Positions 13,444 to 41,171 of a DNA stretch of 64,000 nt are shown here, piece by piece. The first letter of the stretch is position 1; every line of letters starts with the position of its first letter. The notes beneath the pieces are model-generated. The model was not told where the DNA came from. It made no database searches and saw nothing but the letters and a program-made list of their open reading frames with translations. The stretch covers positions 273,540-337,539 of the forward strand of contig NMRA01000402.1 of NCBI GenBank assembly GCA_002633005.1, given 5' to 3'. Source of the stretch: Phoronis australis. Lineage: Eukaryota; Animalia; Phoronida. The translations under genes and the position numbers were made by a program.

Positions 13444-13492
<49 letters not shown>
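13444..13492. repeat. (TA)n microsatellite
   Basis: Direct inspection. Confidence 0.95.
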
Positions 13493-13493
<1 letters not shown>

Positions 13494-13683
13494 TAAGAGA
13501 ACTATACAGATCCGGGGCATTTTTATATATGAGACCTTTACTGTGGGGTTGCAAAAAATTGTGGGGTATATATAATGCCCCACAATTTCAGACCTATCAG
13601 AAACTGTTACTTGGTATGCACAGTGTCTCCACGTGTATTTTCTCAACAACTTGGTTTCATAAGGACATCCTATATATAACTCC

Positions 13684-14122
13684 GATCAGGCCCTCCCAAA
13701 AGATGTCACTGTTATTATGAGTGCCCTGCTCCAGACTGCCATATGTGACCTACATTGGTACAGTGTTATGTAATGCCCATTAACTTAGTTGACCTTCCAC
13801 TGAAACAAGCCTCTGAGGTTTTGATTTTAGTGTTATAGAGTTGGAGTTGAACATCCGTTTCAGAGTTTGAGTTGAGACAAGTTTTACTTCGTTTTATCTG
13901 AANCTGATCAGGCCCTCCCAAAAGATGTCACTGTTAATGAGTGCCCTGCTCCAGACAGCCATATGTGACCTACATTGGTACAGTGTTATGTAATGCCCAT
14001 TAACTTAGTTGACCTTCCACTGAAACAATCCTCTGAGGTTTTGATTTTAGTGTTATAGAGTTGGAGTTGAACATCCGTTTCAGAGTTTGAGTTGAGACAA
14101 GTTTTACTTCGTTTTATCTGAA
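13684..14122. repeat. ~220 bp direct duplication across a single N (13903), likely assembly/haplotype artefact
   Basis: 13684-13902 vs 13906-14122, near-identical with a few SNPs and an indel. Confidence 0.85.
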
Positions 14123-14477
14123 ACAAGTATATTTGAGTAGAAGATGGTACATTCAAGATCCAAGTCTATGGTAAGTCTTTCAAATTTCTTAATATTTTGA
14201 TTATTTAAGTTATTGCAAATTCATGTATCAGACTGGCATAATCATGACTAACATGTATTTGGCAGGGTCCTAGAAACTATTTCTAATGCAGAATATGCGG
14301 CCAAATACTCGCATCTGTCCCTCCCAAAAATATTTCAAAATCTAACCACCCCTTTATTATGAGCTGAAGAATCTCTTTTACTATAAAAAATTCCAGAGTG
14401 GTAGATTTCTTTGCTTTATATCGCTGAGAATAATTGCACTTCGTAAGATTTTCCAGATTCACTGCGATATGGTACCT

Positions 14478-14582
14478 NNNNNNNNNNNNNNNNNNNNNNN
14501 NNNNNNNNNNNNNNNNNNNNNNNNNNNNNNNNNNNNNNNNNNNNNNNNNNNNNNNNNNNNNNNNNNNNNNNNNNNNNNNNNN
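14478..14582. other. Scaffold gap (N run)
   Basis: 105 N. Confidence 1.
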
Positions 14583-16650
14583 TCAAGCACAAACTTTTCC
14601 TCAAAAAATGTTTTACACTTCAAACAAGCGTGGAAAATTAGCGACCAAAGGTATGCTGCATTGTTTGCCCAGTTCTTTACATGTGACTATCTTCTTAATG
14701 TACCATGAAACAGTACATGTTTTCACATTGATTCAATGTGAGGGATCTAGTATTAACCTTAGATTTTTTCAACCCTTAAATGAAGCCTTTGAAATCAGTG
14801 ACTGAAAACCAAATCTCAAACTTGAAATGGGAAATTCCAGGGTAAAATAATTTCCTGAAGTTATTATGTGTGAGTTGCCGAAATATACAGGTTCTCAAAT
14901 CTGTACTAACTATGTGCCTAGAATGTGTATTCACTAAACATATTTTCTGTTGTCATTAAAAGGACGGCACAAACACAAGACCAGACCATGTGAAAAACTA
15001 CCTAAAATATCATTGAATTCTCTTAGCGACTTTGACGTCTGCTTAAAAGACTCAATAATTAAGGGATGGTTGGTCTAAAGGTTCCGTGGCTCAAATGGTC
15101 AATAGTCCGAAGAAGTAAGGAAATTTTATCTTGCGTTACTAACTCGGCAGTTTCCAAGAATAATTTGCAATATTAAACTAAGTGTTCTTAGCTTGTTCAG
15201 GTTATTGTTCGTTGAATGACCACAATTTCAAGAAAGAGAGCTTTGCCTGCTTTACAGAGCTGTACAGAGCTTTACGGAATTTTGAAAGGTGGAGAATATG
15301 ATGTAAAATTACCCAAAATCCTGAAGACATTTATTTCTGTAGATTACGGAATAATGTGAAAAAAAACTATTAACTAGTTTTCTGTTCCGACTATTGACTT
15401 TGCGGACTATAGATTCCATTGTTTTCGAACTATAGACCCCTTGGACTATAGACAGCATTTCATTTCTATTGATAATTTTGATTTTTTTTCAGATGAGAAT
15501 GTTGTCGATCCATTCAGTTTAAATGACAATGATACAGATGGAGGTAGAATTTGGTGCTTGTTTTCTCAGAGTAGCGAAACATGCAACTTCACATGGGTGA
15601 GCTATGAAGGTGGTGTGAGTTTCAAATAAATAAAGTATTATGGGAAATATACACATAAAGAAGATTCTACAAATTTTTGCAAGGTTTCTGTAATTTTATT
15701 TTTTAAACTCGTGACTGCGAGGTCATAATTTATCACTACTTTGATTTATTACTTTCATAAGGTAACTAGAAGTCATTTTGATTCTTGTTCCGCTAGTATA
15801 CAGCCTGTTTTTTTCAGACTTAATCAACTAGAATTATAAAACATTGCACATTTCGTTATTTGCAGCAGTTGGCTTTCCAACATATTTATTGTTAACTAGG
15901 TGAACCATTTAATGTAGCAGAACAACTTAAAAACTTTCAAACTCATGTTAATGGAAATTTAGAAGACAGTTTTAAATAAGCCAAACAAATGACTGCAAAT
16001 GTAAAGGTGCTGGATATATCACTGCATTTATAATTTGTTTCAGATGAAGAAGTGAGGGAGTGCCGTTCTCGTCACAAGGTGTTCAGTTCTGCTAAAATAA
16101 CCAAGAATTTTCTCTGATAGATCGTCTGAAAGGTATTTCATCCAACCTTTTCAGCTATTGTTTCTTTATTGTTTTGTGATGTCTATATGAGATGGGTTGG
16201 TCGATCCTGTATTCCGAAGGACCTTTGATAGTCTGTAGTGCAAAGGAACTTTAGTTCAAAGGATTGTTAGTCTGAAAGTGATTAAGGTGATGACATTGCA
16301 TCAGATCTTATAGAAGACTGCACATTTGAGCACAATTAAGAATTATTATGAATGCAAATGTTAAAGTCTTTGTTTTGAAAATGCAGGGTTCTTTCGGTAA
16401 TTTTTTCCTGCCATCCTAGCCCTGTAACCTACCAATCGTGGTCATGGTGATACAGTTACCTTACACTTTTTCATGCCTGCTAATCAGGTTTATTTCAAAA
16501 TGTAATGATCAGTGGACCAATCACACCAATAGCTCTTCCGACTAAAGACACTTAAGAAAATCAAAAGGATGCCAAACCCAGTTTTGACTTATTAAAAGAT
16601 ACAAAAAAGACTTTACTCTCCAGTTTTCTGGAATAAAATAATGGCCGTAA

Positions 16651-16795
16651 CATGGGCGGCGCACCATAGGGGGGGGGGCTGGGGGGGGCTATAGCCCCAC
16701 TTTTTCAGTGCTCCGACGCCCATGGTCTATGGGCGTGCACAACAGGGGAGCGGGGGGCTATAAACCCCCATTTTTTCAGTGCGGCGTTGCCCATG
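16651..16795. mobile_element. Two tandem ~70 bp mini-MITEs with CATGGGCG/CGCCCATG ends
   Basis: 16651-16724 and 16728-16795; homologous to 41103-41171. Confidence 0.65.
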
Positions 16796-18744
16796 TGAAA
16801 CTCTCGACTAGTCTGAAAAGTTCGGAAAAATTTGAAACTATTTGAAAGTCTGCTAATAGGCTAAGCACGACCTACGCCTTGGAGAATTACACGGCAACTG
16901 TGGGAAAAGACCACCCACCAAGGACCAAAATGCGAGATAGGGGCATGAGTTTTTAGTTAATTCCAGCTCTTTCAAGATTGACGTCAATGATGCATTATCA
17001 AATGACAGGACCAGAATTGGTTGAATTCATCAAAACATGGTTTAGTTTCCTTTTTTGTGAAGTCAATTTTTCACAAACAAACAACGCACACATTTTTCGT
17101 GTTAATACTCTTTAGAATAAAGATCCTTTGGTTTTGAGACCACAAACCTATGAAAAGGAAAGTAGTAATAAGAAAAACACAACTTAATTCAGAAGCACAA
17201 AAGGCCACTGCTCCTTAAACGTCTTTCCGATTAACTTCCCGTTGGACTATCGACCTGCAGGAATGCTAAAAGGGGACATACGTAACAGATTTGATCTACA
17301 AGGAAATCACAAAAGTATTATTGTTATTATAATTGTTAATGTTATATTATTGTTTGTGTAAAATAGTATATTTTAGTAAGAATGTATGATCCATGTCTAT
17401 GGTCCGAAGCTCCAATGTTAGCTCCAATCCTTAGTCCCACAACAAAAATCGGTCGCTCTAATGTACAAACCTAATAGCTAAATACATACATGTACGCCAT
17501 GGTGTCAAGTATTTCACCATATTAACGAGAGTTACGCGTAAAGTATAACTAAAGATTCCATTACTAAATACATACATCACAGGAATGACAGCTTTTGCAA
17601 TGTGTGCAAGGACACCTGTCAAATGATTAAAGTTCTACACTAAGAAAGTTGTAAAAAGTGTAAGAAAATCTTGAAACTAAGTAGATACTTCTCCGACCTA
17701 AGTTTAGTAAAATATACAGAAAATTCCTGTAAATCCCTAAAATTAACAAAAACTATTTTGTGACTGCTTCCACAATGCATGTATTATGAAAAACAACATC
17801 CTGCCCAACCTTCGAACTTTTATCATAGCAAAATGTATTGTTTAAAATTTCAATTTTATTTTCAGGTGATACACTGAATAAATGTCACTAGTATGAAGTC
17901 TGGAAACTTCTAGGTTAAAGGAAAATTGACCAAACTATGCAGTGATGATGAAAGTGATGATGACAATACGACAGACTCCATGAAGGTGGGAAAAGAGTCA
18001 TCGGGATGTGTTAGTGACGCTAAAAGTGATGATCACAGGACATTTAATAAGGGCATAGCAAAGTTAAGAGGATCTGCCTTTGATAATGAGAATAGCAATG
18101 AATATCATAATTATGTTTTTGTGTCTTAAGCTACATAGTGCCACCTCAGTTCCCGAGTCTTCATTGTCACCATCATCACTTCAACAACAGCCTTTCAGAG
18201 TTTTGTTAATTAGACAATACAGACAAATGACACTGCAGTTTTTGCAGTTTAAACATCTTTAAAAATTACTGCTTTCAGTTATTGAGAATGGTAATCACTA
18301 TGTATCAGCATTTTGTATGAAGAAAGCAAACACGATTTAATCTAAAACTATCACATTTTCTTTAATTATATTTGTAGTTGCAATTGTGACTAAGATGGTC
18401 GGAGTCTGAAATTGTGGTGACTGGAAGCCTGCTAAGATCCGTATGTTGCGCAGGATGAAACTGCTTGTACGTGTATATCACAAGCATTTTTTCTATGGAT
18501 GTACATGTATCCTATATTTTTGGTGCCCATCATTTGATTTTAAAGATAATTTGGATATTAGTAGTTCACTATGTGCCAGATCAATAAATGATTAGTTTTC
18601 ATCTGTGAGAGTTTTTATTGGCGAATTATGCAAGAATGTCATCCACGATGGTTTCGAGGTGTTTGTAGAAGAGTATTTGTATCAAAGGTATCAACATACA
18701 CCTTAGAGCCTGACAAAGATGGCGTCATCTGCTCACGTTTCAGA

Positions 18745-18940
18745 ATTAGAAAGCGGACAATTTCCGCACATTACTTTCCCTGTATCTTTCACTCTCATTT
18801 CACTTCATGGATATGACTTGAAGGGTAATCGACACTTGTTGTCCCTCTGTACATATCCTGATGATGTCTTGTTGAATAAGACCAAACGTTGAGTTATCAT
18901 GAACTTCTTTATTTGTGCGGCAATTGTCCGTTTTCTAATC
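18745..18940 (+). mobile_element. Penelope-like pLTR relic with mutated hammerhead motif and inverted 5' arm
   Basis: Homologous to 60720-60880. Motif CTGATGA-T-GTCTT/AAGAC-CAAA-CGTT at 18858-18890. 18745-18770 is an inverted copy (24/26) of 18914-18939. Confidence 0.7.
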
Positions 18941-19182
18941 GTACTTTGACCAAGAATGATGTGGTTTCAGAATTATAAACAGATCCAAGGATCATTCATT
19001 TTTAAGTTTGAAAGTGGTAAAATCTGTTGTGGACCCATACATGTTATTCCAGTGGTCTTTGGAGGAGTGTATTTTTGGCACATAAAAGATTAACCGGATG
19101 TGACATATACATAGTTGCGGGGCTTGTATATTAGGTGGAAAACGGGGTTATAAAAATACTGGGGCATATATCTANTTAATCC

Positions 19183-19350
19183 GAATTGGTCGTCTACGCT
19201 AGGCGACCAATTAGCCGACCCAAGTGCCGACCACAGAGGCGACTAAGCAGACAGCTCCTAGCCGACCGTTGTTGGTCGGCTGGTGGTCGGCTAGACGACC
19301 GGTCGACGGCCGGTCGTCGACCAATTTCCGACCGGTCGGCCAAAAATTCG
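19183..19350. repeat. GC-rich CCGACC/GGTCGG palindromic cluster, probable end of a non-autonomous DNA transposon
   Basis: Nested inverted motifs (TTGGTCG..CGACCAA, GACGACCGG..CCGGTCGTC) immediately after the N at 19175. Confidence 0.45.
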
Positions 19351-21790
19351 TGATGTGTGCTGTACTATGACTCTGGATACAATTTCTGCAGTCTACATAA
19401 CTTGAACATATCCATGAAAATCTGTAGCGGATCGCTCGAGCTTCTCCCACCAGGTGCCATTTGAGGAAGTTACATGAAGTCACGCCTGTTGACGAACTAA
19501 ACGTTCAAGGGACACATATCTTACAAGCTCCACCTGATATCTTCCCATGCTATTTTGCAAGTGTTGCGTGCTAGGTCTCGCGCTAGGCTTTGCCTAACTC
19601 ACGTGACTCAGTTGAAATATTTTGTGGTTATCGTGCATGTATGCGGTGAAATAGTTCTTCACCAAATTCAATTTAATTTCCGCAGACATGCTTTATCAAA
19701 GATATGTAAAGTACCAGAAGGGACAGCTGAAGAAAGCGTTTTTTAAGTGAAAATTTTAAGTGTAAAATATATTTTTGGTGATGTGAAAACTAACGAATTG
19801 CTGTTAACTCGTAGATTTTAACTAATAAAACATCACTTTATTATATCATGACCTCATGGTCTGAGACAGGAAGTTGATGACAACAGGAAGTAGCTCTGAC
19901 TAAACTATCATTACGACTAAAGACCAATACTCCGAATAAAATGTGTAATCGAACATCACGTCACAAAAACCTCTTAGTCGGTAGGCAGATTTTGCCTACC
20001 GCCACTTTAAAATACACGGAACGAAATTAGTACAGAAAGCAATGGTAGCCACTAACCAGCTGAGTGACCGACGTGTTGCCTACCATAGGGCCTCCATACA
20101 CTGGGAACGTTTTGGCCGATTGTGCCTTACACGCTTTCCACCATCAAATTCATGTTGCGATAGGTACTTTTGCGCATAGAGGGACACCTTAGGTGGCTGT
20201 CAATGTCTTTAATTGAACAAATACTCCTGTAATCAAAGTTTTCGCATAGCCTATTGTTCAGATGCCTTAATCGGCAATTGGCAATGTTTACACTGCTCGC
20301 AAAATGATATATGATGTCATGTCCCCTTTTTACGGTCTTGCCAGGTATGCTCCTATTGAAGAAAGCATGCCTCGCTTGGTAGATGCACCCCCTAGAAGCT
20401 ATTTCAAATATTACTAAGCATTGTTCCATTTGGTTAAAATCTTTACTATAATAGTAATCTTCCCTTGTATGTGCGCATTATGTGATGCACACATTTGGCG
20501 CATGTCAATGTTTCGCATTGCTCTTGTTATTTGTGCAGAATCTATGTGTGTTGTTGTGTTTGACAAATTTTATACACATTTGTCAGGTGATATATGACTT
20601 AACCAATAACCCTTAGATCTAACATTTTGGTCAATTGTGTTGAGCAGGTATTTGTTAAGGAACTGCGACCAGGCACCATGTTATTCGACATTTGACCTTT
20701 GACCACAAGAGATTGATGATGTGCCACAGGTCAAATGATGCTTTTTGGATACTTTAGGCTTGGTGTGTGATTACTTTAGGCTTTGTGTGTGATTGCACAA
20801 ATTTGTTGATGTTATGAAATTCCCACAATTTGCTCTTAAACATATATATATATATACGTTCAACATACATGAATGACCCTATAAGGGTTCAGTTTGGGAA
20901 AATTGAAAATTGAAGGTAATTCAAATTGAGGACTGTCCTTTGTCTGGAGCAACTTGTCTTTCGGATGCTGTCCCTTTCACTTTTGAAATTCAGTAGTGGA
21001 AAACTCTAAGTCTGTGGGGAATACACTGATCATTGTATTAGTAGTCGCCTGTTTGCGTTTTGTTTCATGTGTTTAGTTAGATATACATGTAGTCGTCCCA
21101 CTTTAAAGTCTCATTATAACTTACGTAGCTAGTTCTTAACCAGGAATTATTTATTTTGAGTTGATTAATAATGGTGCACTGATGTACTGGTGTGAATGCT
21201 GAAGCAGCACTTGGCAGGTAACTAGCAACTAATACCACCAACTAGAGCTATAGACTGTTACAACATTTTCTCTGTTCTGTCACTGTGAGCATAAATGATT
21301 ACAAATAATGCAACAGCTAAAAATATTGAAAAGGGGTACAACAAGGTATAGTTTATTTGATCACAGCCTATGTTGACACTCCATTGGCCTCTGCTGCAGA
21401 TGTGGTGTTTGTTAACATTGTAGATCCACTATGCATGGCAATTCTTCCATTTTTTGCACAAAAACATTTACCAAAATCATTTTTATTCCACAGATTGGCC
21501 ATCTTGCTGCAAACGTTGAACACTTTAGAACGACAAATGGTGTTTTATGGCATGTACTCTGTTCAAACTAAAACTGAGTAAAAATTTTGGCGAAATAAAA
21601 TTTCACTCGCATGCAATGTTATGGGTGCTAAGTAGGAGAAGGGTTAATGTGCCAACATCTACTTAGACCTGCATGAGACAATTATACTGAGGCTGAGTTC
21701 AATGATGGCTGTATTTTTGTAACCATTAAGGCATTAATTTGCTTGCCTTTCAAATGACTAGCATTATAGCATGCCTGCTAAACCTGGCTC

Positions 21791-21917
21791 CCGTTCAGTA
21801 ACGCTAGGACCTTGCTAAAAAGCAAGACTTTGCGAGATTCAGTGTCCAGTGAGATATTGCCATATATTTCAAATGAGAGCTCGTGACTTTTTGCTAGGTC
21901 CTAGTGTTAATGAACAC
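21791..21917. mobile_element. Short MITE
   Basis: TIR GTTCAGTAACGCTAGGACCT / AGGTCCTAGTGTTAATGAAC. Confidence 0.55.
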
Positions 21918-22173
21918 ACACCTGGTTGTACTAGTGTCTATAGTCAGAACTGTTATGTGATCCGTGCACTGTTGTGACCCTAGTTGGTGGTTGTAGTAAT
22001 GCTGGGACCCTAGTTAATGTCTCAGTGTGCCAATTTGTTTCAATGGGATTTGACAGCAACACCATCTACTGAGTGGTAACATTATGCATAGATCTACCAT
22101 GTTTGTACCAAGTTACAACTGTTATAATTATACGTAGCTCTAGAATCCTTCCACAGTTACACATTTTGAAACC

Positions 22174-22254
22174 GGTTTTGAAGTGCTCACACCGAGAGTT
22201 GGTTTTGAAGTGCTCACACCGAGAGTTGGTTTTGAAGTGCTCACACCGAGAGTT
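22174..22254. repeat. 27 bp x3 perfect tandem repeat
   Basis: Unit GGTTTTGAAGTGCTCACACCGAGAGTT. Confidence 0.95.
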
Positions 22255-22447
22255 ATAACCTTTTAATCAGTAAAACTTTGTAACTTGCCGCTTTGGCTTG
22301 AAGAGGGCATATGATTTTTTTTTTTCGGTTTTAAATTCCCAGTTCCAAGGACAAGGGCGTGGAATTCCCTTGCCTTACATTACAATCACTTTGTAGAGGA
22401 AAAGTAAAATGTTCATTTTACATATCCGAGCTATGTTTTGTTAACAG

Positions 22448-38657
<16,210 letters not shown>

Positions 38658-40373
38658 CGGTGACCAACGCGATGAAAGTCTAAAAACCTGTGCGATTTGT
38701 TTGCCACCTTGTCAGTGTACAGTAATGCTCCAGTAAATAATTTCCAAAATCATGGTTTTTCTGCTATTTTAAGGCTGCAAGGATGCAGTTTCTAGTTGTT
38801 CACCCCAGTGTTTGTGTCAAATCATGGACAATTACTGCTCGTATATATTGTTGTCTCCCCTGAATTGTGGAGGGTAGAAAAGCTCACCTGGTTTGAAGCG
38901 ATACTGAAGCACATAGTGGTTGTTGAGGTGTGACTGCCCTGTAGTGATTGGTGGCTCTTAGGACTGGCATTACGTTTGGTTTATCCTTCTGACCCTAGAC
39001 TAGCCATATACATGTATAAGATACCTCAGAGAATTTGTCATGGCATATACTAACGTCTGGATTTGTGGTCGCTTTTTGTCGGCACCGGTTTATTTGCCGT
39101 TTCAGTGAATGTCACGTTTCACACTTCACCCCCTTTGTTCTTTCTTCCCAGTTAAACCATTGCTTTTTCTCCAGGGCATGTGGTAGAGTTACTTTCATTT
39201 TACTTGCCTAGAATTTACATTTGAGATTTCTTTCTTTCCAAATGCTACCCGCTAGTTTTTGAGCCTTAGTAATTGCACACCCATCCGAGAATTGATAAGA
39301 AGCAAAATACCATCTAATGCTGGGCCCAGTTTAGGCTGTAGATAAACTAGTTAGGCTAGCTACATTGATGACAGCATGATCTTGCTGCGTCCATAGGTGA
39401 TGTAACAATTTGCCTGCATCTGCATGGTTTCTTTGAAGAGTGTTGGCGGATTTCAAGGCTAGATAGCAGTTGAGCTGCCCAATTTCATCCAGTGTTGGTA
39501 CCAACGTGGAATCCTTTGCATGATAAACTGTGGGGTTTTATGGTTACACAGATTTGTGTTGTGGCAATCATCAACGTTTTTCAGGGTTTTTACATGAAAA
39601 GTGAATTAAAAGAGTCTCTGTGCTAACCTTTGAGGATACTTGCTACAGAGCTCCTGTTAATTTTGTCTAATCTTTCCATATTTTTGTTATTTGAGCCTTG
39701 GTCCTGAAATGATGGATTATTCAAGGTACATATAATGCATTATGCATGCAACGCATTACTTATTATTTGCAATATGACCATCTCATTAAGTTTAATTTGA
39801 AAACCAAAGTGTTTGCAACAAAATGTTGTTCTTAGTGATAAACACACATGTACTCACTTGCTTCTCGTTTCCTAGAAAGTCAGCAGCCGATTGTCTATGA
39901 CTGTAAGCAGGGTGTATGATCATCAGTACTTTAGTGCCAGTGGCTCTCAGCCTTGCGTTTATACTCACGTGCTTAGCTACAAGAAAGGGTGGACATTCTA
40001 CTTATCAGTTTTTTGACTTGACCGAGTTCACAAATAAACTGATGCGTGGATGTGTTTGGCCCATTCTTACAGGGATAGAATTATTTATTACAAAATTAGA
40101 AACTTGCTCACAAGAAAAATCGTGACCTCTGCCCTTTTGTAGAGGACAAAGAAATGTTTGATTCAGCCAAGAGCCCTAGCGGTGTGATACGCCGTATTTT
40201 GTTGTGGCTTCAACATTTCAGGTATTGAATAGTTTTTATGAATCTGTCTGCTGTTGTCCTCCACCCACCAGAAGTCCATCGCCAGTACACATAGTTTACG
40301 TATTGAGGGACAGAGCTAGGGCTTCTGAGTCGCTCTCATATTGTGTCTATGGTTGTCGGTATTACACCTGTAT

Positions 40374-40379
40374 AATAAA
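40374..40379 (+). terminator. Candidate polyadenylation signal of GPR107
   Basis: AATAAA ~1.7 kb after the stop, followed by TG-rich sequence; position inferred only. Confidence 0.35.
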
Positions 40380-41102
40380 ATCAATTCAAGTTCACAACAC
40401 GCGTTTCCTATCATTTGAGGTTTGTAATTGTATTGTGTAGGCTATACTTCTTAACAATGTTATGGACTTTGTTGCTTAACGTTTCTCAATTTATCGGTAA
40501 TATTTGCATGGGGATATAGCTTTGTTTCTGGATCGTTGATGACAGTAGAAAAATCTCCCTTTTCGAATTTAGATGGCCAAAAATGTTCATCTCTTTCAAA
40601 ATTTGGGATGCGACCGTGTGAGAGTTGAGATATGTTGAATATCATTCCTTCTCATCACCTCTTGCCTTATAAATATACTAACGATTACCCGCTATCCTTT
40701 GGAAGTGAGACATCCCTCCTTGTAGGTAAACAGTTCTAATAATTTATTGTTTTAGTATATTTTTTCTGGTTTTCCCTCAGCCTATCAACTGCATGAAATG
40801 CCTTATTATTTACATTGGACCACGCCTGTGTGTTCAGTTAGATCACCGAAACCAGTGCTTTTTCTTGGCTAGCGATTTATTGTATTGTATGTTCGTGTAC
40901 GCGTGTATTGTAAATACATCTGTATTGTTTTCGTTTGCAGTCATTGTATTTAATAGTCTGGCGTATTGCAGATCGCACGGCATTGAACACGGCAATTTTC
41001 TTGCGTTTAGATAACAAACAAAACATTCAGTCGTACTCGTCAAATGCGGGTCCAGCACCTTTATTCATACTCATCGAAGACTGACTTCCCAAGACTTATA
41101 TT

Positions 41103-41171
41103 CATGGGCGGCGCAGCACAGAATAAAGTGAGGGTCTATAGAGTCCAGCCCCCTATGGTGCGCCGCCCATG
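41103..41171. mobile_element. 69 bp mini-MITE
   Basis: Perfect 13 bp TIR CATGGGCGGCGCA / TGCGCCGCCCATG; inverted homolog of 16651-16724. Confidence 0.7.
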
